64,000 bases of DNA from contig CABUUO010000004.1 of the NCBI GenBank assembly GCA_902494875.1, positions 37,878-101,877 on the forward strand, read 5' to 3'. A program made the translations under genes and the position numbers. The number at the start of each line of letters is the position of its first letter. Positions within the stretch are counted from its first letter, which is position 1. The DNA is from an uncultured Pseudomonadota bacterium. GTDB lineage: Bacteria; Pseudomonadota; Alphaproteobacteria; RF32; CAG-239. Of this stretch, positions 56,286-64,000 are shown in pieces. Under the pieces are notes generated by a model. The model ran no database searches. It saw only the letters and a list, made by a program, of their open reading frames with translations, and was not told where the DNA came from.

Positions 56286-56320
56286 CAAACAGGCTGCAAA
56301 ATTTTGCAGCCTGTTTTTCT
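56286..56320. terminator. terminator (13-bp perfect palindrome) between convergent genes
   Basis: ACAGGCTGCAAAA/TTTTGCAGCCTGT followed by T5. Confidence 0.8.
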
Positions 56321-56335
56321 TTGTCTTTGAGAATA

Positions 56336-56797
56336 TCACCGCGATACCAAAAACATTCTAATGCATAAGATTGCAATGCAAAGTCCTGCAAAGCGAAAAC
56401 AAAATGCGTCGAACCAATATTGATAATGGAGCCGTTTGTTTGTTTCGCTTTCTTTGAGGAAAAATAGGTTTAAGGTGCTTTTCTCCGTTTGGTTCAGGTC
56501 TGTTTCCTGACAATCAATCTGCGGTGCAATATTTTCCGGATCATGTTCTTTCATCTTTTTGCGATACAAAGAATACGCCGTCGTATAAATGGTTGCGGCA
56601 CAAAACGCGAGAGCCGCGACTGCCCATGCGGCAGAAACCGAAAAACTAAGAACAAAAACGATAAACATGATGCCGCCGCTGGCCAGAAAATGGAGCAGCC
56701 ATCCGCATTTTCGTTCTCTTGCAACCAAAGGTGCTGTGTGGCGGGTAAGATAAGCGCCGATAGTTGCCAGCACCAGAAATAATAATACTTTTTCCAT
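56336..56797 (-). CDS. hypothetical small membrane protein
   Basis: Four hydrophobic segments. Start placed at MEKVLLFLV. The track ORF extends to 56989 through AT-rich sequence that does not look like coding sequence. Confidence 0.4.
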   Translation of the reverse strand: MEKVLLFLVLATIGAYLTRHTAPLVARERKCGWLLHFLASGGIMFIVFVLSFSVSAAWAVAALAFCAATIYTTAYSLYRKKMKEHDPENIAPQIDCQETDLNQTEKSTLNLFFLKESETNKRLHYQYWFDAFCFRFAGLCIAILCIRMFLVSR

Positions 56798-57048
56798 ACG
56801 ATAAAAATTAAAATAAATATAATGTTTTCGAGGCTTAAAATAGAAACATTTTGTCGGAAAAGCAAGTTTTTTTTGGTTAAAGTTTTGTGACAAATCATCA
56901 CCGGCTTTCATCTCTGCGGAAATGAGGAATTTGCTGGCTGTCGTTTCATTTCCGGGTTCCCCGGCGTAACTGATAAAAATTTCTTGCAAATATGTGCTGA
57001 GAGGATATATTTAGCGCAGTAAATAAAAACACATTAAGGAGTTAAAAT

Positions 57049-58098
57049 ATGCCTTTAGTTACAATGCGTCAGATTCTTGACCATGCTGCCGAGAACAATT
57101 ACGGTGTTCCGGCTTTTAACATTAACGATATGGAACAGGTTATTGCCGTTTTGCAGGCTGCAAGAAAGGTAAATGCCCCTGTCATTTTGCAGACCTCTAC
57201 CGGTGCCCGCAAATTTGCCGGAGATCCGATGATTCGCCATATGGTTCAAGCCGGTATCGAAATGTTTCCAGAATTGCCGATCTGTATCCATCAGGATCAT
57301 GGTTCTTCAATTGACATCTGCCAGTCTGCAATTGTCAACGGCTATTCTTCGGTTATGATGGACGGTTCTCTTGAAGCTGACGGAAAAACTCCTTCTTCTT
57401 TTGAATATAATGTTCATGTCACTAAAGAAGTCGTTGCCCGTGCTCATGCGGTCGGCGCCTCTGTCGAAGGTGAGCTTGGTGTAATCGGTTCGCTGGAAAC
57501 CGGCAAGGGTGACAAGGAAGACGGTCACGGTGCGGAAGGCGTGATTGATAAAAAACGTCTGGTTACCGATCCTGACGAAGCCGCCCGTTTCGTTGCCGAA
57601 ACCAAACTTGACGCTTTGGCCGTTGCAGTCGGAACTTCCCATGGCGCTTACAAGTTTACCCGCAAGCCCGATGGTGAAATCCTGGCAATTGACGTTATTG
57701 AGAAAATTCATAAAAAACTGCCGAATACCCATATGGTTATGCACGGTTCGTCCTCCGTTCCTCAGGAACTGCAGGATTTGATTAACGCTTACGGCGGTGC
57801 CATTCCGCAGACCTACGGCGTTCCTGTGGAAGAAATCGTCCGCGGCATTAAGTCCGGCGTTCGCAAAGTCAATGTTGACACAGATTGCCGCATGGCCATC
57901 ACCGGAGCCATTCGCAAGATTTTTGCCGAAAATCCGAAAGAATTTGATCCGCGCAAATATCTCAAACCTGCAATTGAAGAAATGCAGAAAGTCTGCGAAG
58001 CGCGCTATATCGCTTTCGGTGCTGCCGGTCATGCCGACAAGATCAAAGCCGTTCCGATGTCCGAAATGGCAAAACGTTATGCTGCGGGCGAAATTTAG
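57049..58098 (+). CDS. fba: class II fructose-bisphosphate aldolase
   Basis: AFNINDMEQ, IHQDHG and HGSSSVP motifs. The 349-aa length fits the CbbA/FbaA type. Confidence 0.9.
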   Translation: MPLVTMRQILDHAAENNYGVPAFNINDMEQVIAVLQAARKVNAPVILQTSTGARKFAGDPMIRHMVQAGIEMFPELPICIHQDHGSSIDICQSAIVNGYSSVMMDGSLEADGKTPSSFEYNVHVTKEVVARAHAVGASVEGELGVIGSLETGKGDKEDGHGAEGVIDKKRLVTDPDEAARFVAETKLDALAVAVGTSHGAYKFTRKPDGEILAIDVIEKIHKKLPNTHMVMHGSSSVPQELQDLINAYGGAIPQTYGVPVEEIVRGIKSGVRKVNVDTDCRMAITGAIRKIFAENPKEFDPRKYLKPAIEEMQKVCEARYIAFGAAGHADKIKAVPMSEMAKRYAAGEI

Positions 58099-58118
58099 TC
58101 CGTTGGTTACAGATATTA

Positions 58119-58148
58119 AGGCCCTTCTGCAAAGAGGGGTCTTTTTTA
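58119..58148 (+). terminator. rho-independent terminator
   Basis: GGCCCTTCT-gcaa-AGAGGGGTC (with G:U pairs) followed by T6. Confidence 0.65.
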
Positions 58149-58232
58149 TTGCCAATTGAAATAAGCGGTGCTAAAGATAAAACAAAATAAGATTATTGAT
58201 ATTTTTTATGTTTAATTTAAAATTCAAATTGT

Positions 58233-58607
58233 ATGAAAAAATTTTTATTCTTTTTGTTTGCCGCATTTTTATGTGTCGGCATCAACGCTCAGGCTCAAAC
58301 TCAAATCGAACCGGTGGAGGATGTTGAAGAGGAATGTGAAGTCGTTTCTCTGGATGAAGACATTGTCTGCGAATTCCGCTTTGTTTATGACGTCAAATAC
58401 ACCAGTGCGTTTGATCCTGAAAAGGGAATGTGGAAAGTGCGTCTGGAAGAGGTTTTTGAAAAGCCGGATCCTTTCCGCCGCCACGTCGAAATCTATTGGC
58501 TGAAGCTTGATGAAGGCTGTGATCCGGGACCGATGGTGCTGGATAAATTCAAAATCAGCGGTCATCGGTTTGCAATTTACCTGATGAAAAAAATTCCCAA
58601 AAAGTAA
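58233..58607 (+). CDS. small secreted hypothetical protein
   Basis: Type I signal peptide (…GINAQA/QTQ), acidic N-terminus. No recognisable motif. Confidence 0.45.
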   Translation: MKKFLFFLFAAFLCVGINAQAQTQIEPVEDVEEECEVVSLDEDIVCEFRFVYDVKYTSAFDPEKGMWKVRLEEVFEKPDPFRRHVEIYWLKLDEGCDPGPMVLDKFKISGHRFAIYLMKKIPKK

Positions 58608-58612
58608 AGGTT

Positions 58613-59035
58613 ATGAAATCAGGTAAGGTAATTTGTTTGCTTGCCGCGGCTGTTGTCGTTGTGTCGGTTTGGTTCAAAAATATGCCTCTGCCGCAAAAAA
58701 CGCCGCAGGAAACCGCATTTTGCGATTCGCTCCAAAAGGGAAAACTTGATTTTAAAGAAGGTTTTTTATATGAGCGCTTCATTTCTTCCGAAGAATTTGA
58801 AACTTTGCAAAATGTCCGAATTGCCCTGAAAAAGGATGAGCATGTCGTTATGTCGGTTTTGGGCGGCGAAAGGATTGCAAATTCAACTGTCGGATTTGTT
58901 GTTCGTCGGCCGGATGACACGCGTTACAGTATTTTTCTGCATTTTCCGGGAAATCGGAGTTCTGAATGGGATGAACAGCGTTTGGAATATAAATATGCCG
59001 GGAAAAAGGTCGGTGTAAACTTTGTCAGTCCATGA
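58613..59035 (+). CDS. small membrane-anchored or exported hypothetical protein
   Basis: N-terminal hydrophobic anchor. Starts 5 nt after the previous stop. Confidence 0.45.
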   Translation: MKSGKVICLLAAAVVVVSVWFKNMPLPQKTPQETAFCDSLQKGKLDFKEGFLYERFISSEEFETLQNVRIALKKDEHVVMSVLGGERIANSTVGFVVRRPDDTRYSIFLHFPGNRSSEWDEQRLEYKYAGKKVGVNFVSP

Positions 59036-59046
59036 ATTCATTTAAT

Positions 59047-59088
59047 TGAAAACCCTTTAAAAGAACATTCTTTTAAAGGGTTTTCTTT
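59047..59088 (+). terminator. rho-independent terminator
   Basis: ACCCTTTAAAAG-aacatt-CTTTTAAAGGGT followed by TTTCTTT. Confidence 0.75.
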
Positions 59089-59181
59089 ATATGGGTTTCG
59101 GAAAGTTTTGTCTAGACATTGTTCTTGGCTTATGTTATAAAAAAACAGATTCCAGATTATTGTAACTAAAAATATAACCAA

Positions 59182-59598
59182 ATGAAAAGAAAAGATTTTT
59201 TTCTTATCGTTATTGCCGCGGTAGTAATGGCGGTGGTAATGAAGTGCTTCAACCAAAATGCGGATGACGTTCCTTCCGATTTCCCGGAACTTGAAAAAAA
59301 GACGGATTTTAAGGATGCCGGACAGCCGTCAGTATTGCCGCTTGCCGACGATTATTCTTTTGAGGAAGAACCGGCCGGTGACATAATTGCCATTTACAAG
59401 CTGGCTCCCGGGGACAAAGTCGAGAGTGTGGAGTGGAAAGACACCCCGGAGCATGGAACAAGCGTTGTTTTCAAAACGGAGCAAGGGGTACTTTATTATC
59501 TTTCCTGCCAAAAAATGCAGAATTGGGAGCTGTATCCGCGGAATAAAGAATATGTGTTTTCAAACGGCAGCGTTTTGACTGTCAGATTTGAAAATTAA
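59182..59598 (+). CDS. small membrane-anchored or exported hypothetical protein
   Basis: N-terminal hydrophobic anchor and a beta-rich C-terminus. No recognisable motif. Confidence 0.45.
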   Translation: MKRKDFFLIVIAAVVMAVVMKCFNQNADDVPSDFPELEKKTDFKDAGQPSVLPLADDYSFEEEPAGDIIAIYKLAPGDKVESVEWKDTPEHGTSVVFKTEQGVLYYLSCQKMQNWELYPRNKEYVFSNGSVLTVRFEN

Positions 59599-59618
59599 AA
59601 TGCCGAAAAAACAATCAG

Positions 59619-59654
59619 AAAAGCCGTATTCGTGAAGAATTACGGTTTTTTTTA
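59619..59654 (+). terminator. rho-independent terminator
   Basis: CCGTA(T)T...AATTACGG hairpin followed by T8. Confidence 0.65.
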
Positions 59655-59774
59655 TTGCATTTTTTGGCAAAAAGGATTAAAAATCCGCCCTTGTGAATTT
59701 ATTATTTGTCCTTTAAGCATTATGTTTTAATCCTTAAAAGGGACGCATTACAAACATTTAAATTAAATAAGCGT

Positions 59775-60017
59775 ATGGAAAATTTGAGAAATTCTTTTTT
59801 AGTTTTTTTGTTTTTTGGGGGTATCTTTTTGGCGGTAAACGGCTGTGTTTCAGATTATTCGAACGAAAACTTCTCTGAGATAGACATCCAAATGATAGAT
59901 ACGGTTTCCGCACCGCCGTCGTCAATGGCGACCAAGATATTTGAACCGGATCCTCTGCCGAAACCGGCACCGATGGACGAAAGGCTCAGCCCGTCTGTTG
60001 CGCTTCCCGAATTATAA
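59775..60017 (+). CDS. small Pro-rich exported protein, possible lipoprotein
   Basis: Start moved to ATG 59775 (MENLRNSFLVFLFFGGIFLAVNGC). The lipobox is weak. Confidence 0.4.
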   Translation: MENLRNSFLVFLFFGGIFLAVNGCVSDYSNENFSEIDIQMIDTVSAPPSSMATKIFEPDPLPKPAPMDERLSPSVALPEL

Positions 60018-60062
60018 AACAAAACAGCCGGCCGAAGATGTGTCTTCCGTCGGCTGTTGTCT
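60018..60062. terminator. long imperfect hairpin between convergent genes
   Basis: ACAGCCGGCCGAAGA...TCTTCCGTCGGCTGT with an A-rich 5' flank and a T-rich 3' flank. Confidence 0.55.
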
Positions 60063-60073
60063 TGTTTGCCGTC

Positions 60074-60580
60074 TTACTTTTTTATATGTTCCATGGCAGA
60101 TTCAATGTCGGCAATATAATCTTCGATTTCCTGTTCGTGTTCCAGTTCTTCTTCCAAAATGTGTCTGGAGATGTGGAACGTGTCAATGTCCTTGCCGCTC
60201 ATGCACAGTTCGCAGATCTGCTGATAGCGTGAAATGGCGCAGCGTTCGGCTTTGAGATTTTGCTCCAAAAGTTTCATTATATATTCGTCCGTCGGCGCGT
60301 CATATTGGCACAGCGCGTGTTTTTTCCACTCGTCGGGGTCAAGCAGAGGAACGCCGCCAAGTTGAATGATGCGGTCGCAAAGCAGTTGCGCGTGGTCATG
60401 TTCTTCTTTGGCATGTTCCAGAAATTCGTCGGCAATTGTCTTGCGCATCGGCCCCTTGGCTACCTGCGCGCCGACCCAGTATTGATAATAGGCCAGCCAT
60501 TCTTCGGCAAAGGCGATATTTAAAAGTTTTAGAATTTCATCTTTGTTTTCTTTGATGATTTTTTGAGCCGTTTGTCCCAT
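60074..60580 (-). CDS. ferritin-like di-iron protein (Dps-like/bacterioferritin-related)
   Basis: Paired E...ExxH ligand motifs (EEWLAYY / HAKEEHDH and ERCAISRY / EEELEHEQE) in a four-helix pattern. Confidence 0.75.
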   Translation of the reverse strand: MGQTAQKIIKENKDEILKLLNIAFAEEWLAYYQYWVGAQVAKGPMRKTIADEFLEHAKEEHDHAQLLCDRIIQLGGVPLLDPDEWKKHALCQYDAPTDEYIMKLLEQNLKAERCAISRYQQICELCMSGKDIDTFHISRHILEEELEHEQEIEDYIADIESAMEHIKK

Positions 60581-60735
60581 TTTGTTTCTCCGTTAGAAAA
60601 TTTTGTTTGTATGTCTGATCACAAGAAGAGGTAATCATCAAAAGTTATAAATCAAGGATGTTTGATATAATTTTCTGGCTTTTAAAAGCGGAGTGTTTTA
60701 TGATAACCGAAAAGACTGAAGTAAGGAGTTAAGCC

Positions 60736-61371
60736 ATGGTCAAAATAGCCCCGAGTATTCTTTCGGCCGATTTTGCGCGTCTCGGCGCCGAAATTGAGGC
60801 GCTTGAAAAAGCCGGTGCCGATATGATTCATATTGACGTTATGGACGGCAATTTCGTTCCCAATCTGACTTTTGGTCCGGCTCTGGTAAAAGCTCTGCGG
60901 CCCTATACGTATCTTCCGCTGGATGTTCACCTGATGGTGAATAATCCCGATGAAATGGTTCCCTGGTTCGCTTCCAGCGGTGCAGATATAATTACGGTTC
61001 ATTTTGAAGCCTGCCGTCATTTGGATAAAACGCTTGATTCCATACGCCGCTGCGGTATCAAAGCCGGAGTTTCGCTTAATCCCTCCACACCGGAGAATGT
61101 TTTGCCTTATGTTTTGGATAAGGTAGATCAGATTTTGGTGATGTCGGTCAATCCGGGGTTCGGCGGTCAGAGTTTCATTGAAAACCAGTTGGAAAAAATC
61201 GCCCGCGTCAGGGATATGATCGGTGAGCGAAAGATTGAAATTGAAGTTGACGGCGGCATCAATCCGATGACAGCTTCCGAGTGTATTGCCGCTGGCGCTG
61301 ACATTCTGGTGGCCGGAACCTCGGTTTTTGCCGGCGGAGATTATCAGAAAAATATCAATGCCTTAAGGTAA
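60736..61371 (+). CDS. rpe: ribulose-phosphate 3-epimerase
   Basis: [15 protein letters not shown] and [10 protein letters not shown] motifs. Confidence 0.95.
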   Translation: MVKIAPSILSADFARLGAEIEALEKAGADMIHIDVMDGNFVPNLTFGPALVKALRPYTYLPLDVHLMVNNPDEMVPWFASSGADIITVHFEACRHLDKTLDSIRRCGIKAGVSLNPSTPENVLPYVLDKVDQILVMSVNPGFGGQSFIENQLEKIARVRDMIGERKIEIEVDGGINPMTASECIAAGADILVAGTSVFAGGDYQKNINALR

Positions 61372-61433
61372 TTTTAAGACAAATGCCTTAGCATTTTGTA
61401 TTATTGTCCTTAAGAGGTGGGAGAGTTTTACAG

Positions 61434-62138
61434 ATGAAACATTTGGTAATGCTGGTTGAAGACGAAGAGGCGCTGGCGCTTCTCCTCAAGTACAATCTGG
61501 AAAAAGAAGGATATGACGTCGCTTGGGAGCCGCGAGGTAATAAGGCTCTGGGCGAGATTGAAAAGAACAAGCCTTCGGTCGTTATTCTGGACTGGATGTT
61601 GCCTGAAATTTCCGGCGTTGAAATCTGCAAGCTGGTGCGCAGCAAACCCGATATCAAAAACATTCCCGTAATTATGCTGACGGCCAAAGGGGAAGAAGAA
61701 GACAAAATCAAGGGGTTGTCTGCCGGTGCCGACGACTATGTCACCAAACCCTTTTCCATTCCGGAGTTGATGGCTCGGGTCAAAACCCAGTTGCGCCGGG
61801 CGCCGGAACCGGTTGACGAAGGAGAACTGGCATTTGAAGACATCCATATGGATTTAGTGGGCAAAAAGGTTTATCGCGGAGAAAATTATATCCATCTCGG
61901 ACCGACGGAATTTCGTCTTCTGCGGATGCTTATGGAAACGCCGGGCAAGGTTTTCTCCCGCGAATATCTGCTCAAAAATGTCTGGGGCGACAACATTTAT
62001 GTCGAATCCCGCACCGTTGATGTGCATATCCGCCGTCTGCGCAAGTCTCTCAACCAGTTCGGGCCGGATTATATCCGTACCGTCAGAGCCACTGGTTATG
62101 CGCTGGATAAAAATACCGGCGGCGATATTGACGAATAA
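61434..62138 (+). CDS. phoB: OmpR/PhoB-family response regulator (PhoB-like)
   Basis: Receiver domain (LDWMLPEISG, PVIMLTAKGEEEDKIKGLSAGADDYVTKPFS closely resembles PhoB) plus a winged-helix output domain. Start moved to ATG 61434. Confidence 0.75.
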   Translation: MKHLVMLVEDEEALALLLKYNLEKEGYDVAWEPRGNKALGEIEKNKPSVVILDWMLPEISGVEICKLVRSKPDIKNIPVIMLTAKGEEEDKIKGLSAGADDYVTKPFSIPELMARVKTQLRRAPEPVDEGELAFEDIHMDLVGKKVYRGENYIHLGPTEFRLLRMLMETPGKVFSREYLLKNVWGDNIYVESRTVDVHIRRLRKSLNQFGPDYIRTVRATGYALDKNTGGDIDE

Positions 62139-62227
62139 AGGTCCCAAATGCCGGTTTATTGATTATCCCTCTTGCTAAAACGGATATTTCGGGGCATGAT
62201 AGAGCGATTATCAAAACTGTCGGATAA

Positions 62228-63367
<1,140 letters not shown>

Positions 63368-63385
63368 ATCTTGGTTGAGGTGGAT

Positions 63386-64000
63386 ATGGAAAATTGTGAC
63401 AATCAGAGTGTCCGGGAAGTCGTCGGAACTTTCGTCGAAGAAAATGCTCAAGAAGGTTTGCGCGTCTTTGTTGCCGGCGGTTCGCGCTCCGGCAATGACG
63501 CCGTTTTCGTCGAAGAGGCCTATAACCTTGGACGCCAGATCGCCAAAATGGATTTTAAATTGGATTTCGGCTTGTCAAGCTCGGGCATTATGGGCGCGGT
63601 AGCGCGCGGCGTTTTGGACGGTTGGAATAAGAAAAAATGCAAAACAACGCCGATTCAGGGAATTACCACCAAAGAATATTACAGCCTTTATCAGACGGAT
63701 GAAATTCTGGGACAAATTGAAGACATTATTGTCGCCCAAAGTCTGGAAGAGCGCAAACAAAAGCTTCTTAACGCCGATTTCGTGGTGTTTGCGCCCGGCG
63801 GCGTCGGAACTCTGGATGAGCTGGCTTATGACTGTGTAGCCATGCAGGACGGTCTTCTGCCGATAAAACCGTTTATTCTTTATAATGTCGACGGCTATTT
63901 TCACCATATTGTGGAGTTTTTGAAAGAAATTTCAGCCAAAGGCTTTGCCGATCCGGTTCCCTTTATCATTGTCGATGACAGCAACGAACTGAGCATTGTA
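63386..64000 (+). CDS. LOG-family (TIGR00730-type) Rossmann-fold nucleotide-binding protein, 3' end cut by window edge
   Basis: Hand translation of frame 2 (MENCDNQSVREVV...VFVAGGSRSG...APGGVGTLDEL...) is open to base 64000. PGGxGTxxE motif present. Absent from the ORF track because no stop lies in the window. Confidence 0.8.
   Translation, partial: MENCDNQSVREVVGTFVEENAQEGLRVFVAGGSRSGNDAVFVEEAYNLGRQIAKMDFKLDFGLSSSGIMGAVARGVLDGWNKKKCKTTPIQGITTKEYYSLYQTDEILGQIEDIIVAQSLEERKQKLLNADFVVFAPGGVGTLDELAYDCVAMQDGLLPIKPFILYNVDGYFHHIVEFLKEISAKGFADPVPFIIVDDSNELSIV

Noticed and set aside
60700-60732. 10-codon uORF (MITEKTEVRS) with its own GGAG, ending 3 nt before the rpe ATG.
   Set aside because: It is too short to evaluate, and the rpe SD lies inside it. 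Chance occurrence is plausible and no attenuator-like structure is evident.
60581-60735. Fur-box-like sequence (GGTAATCATCAAAAG) upstream of the ferritin-like gene.
   Set aside because: Only a TAATCAT core matches the Fur consensus. There is no convincing 19-bp palindrome.
54290-61371. tkt, class II fba and rpe as a Calvin-cycle (cbb) cluster.
   Set aside because: There is no RuBisCO, phosphoribulokinase or cbbR in the window. The three genes are separated by unrelated genes and terminators, and all three also serve the pentose-phosphate and glycolytic pathways.
63375-63602. 75-aa track ORF downstream of tgt.
   Set aside because: The overlapping frame-2 ORF from ATG 63386 is open to the window end and encodes a clear LOG-family protein (PGGxGTxxE). 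The 75-aa ORF is an out-of-frame artefact.

Overview
This is a dense chromosomal window of about 60 protein genes and one tRNA from a Gram-negative bacterium. It is probably an alphaproteobacterium with an anaerobic or host-associated lifestyle. That is an inference from the BamB, lipoprotein and TolC-like genes, psd-pssA, GAF-type ptsP, rodZ-ispG-hisS-prfA, yfgM-bamB-der and nrdDG. Most of the window is housekeeping: trpS, serS, sdaA, ptsP, rodZ, ispG, hisS, prfA, dnaE, pepF, nrdD/nrdG, psd, pssA, der, bamB, tkt, fba, rpe, phoB, tgt and tRNA-Leu(UAA). Genes are separated by many clean hairpin terminators, several shared by convergent gene pairs. I saw no rRNA, CRISPR array, transposase, integrase or phage genes. 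The most unusual feature is the class III ribonucleotide reductase locus. nrdD stops at a single in-frame TAA just after its Cys cluster, and the glycyl-radical motif lies on a separate ~70-codon ORF with its own Shine-Dalgarno and ATG, followed by nrdG. Other features worth a second look: an orphan VirB8-like gene divergent from a TolC-like lipoprotein carrying a C-terminal Ig/cadherin-like module; a degenerate half DEAD-box protein; a GlmU uridyltransferase domain without its acetyltransferase half; a membrane-anchored Memo-AMMECR1 fusion with no radical SAM partner; a flavin reductase with a long basic tail; an ankyrin-repeat protein beside the tRNA; and several motif-less exported or membrane proteins. 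All functional calls come from reading motifs in the supplied translations. No database search was run.
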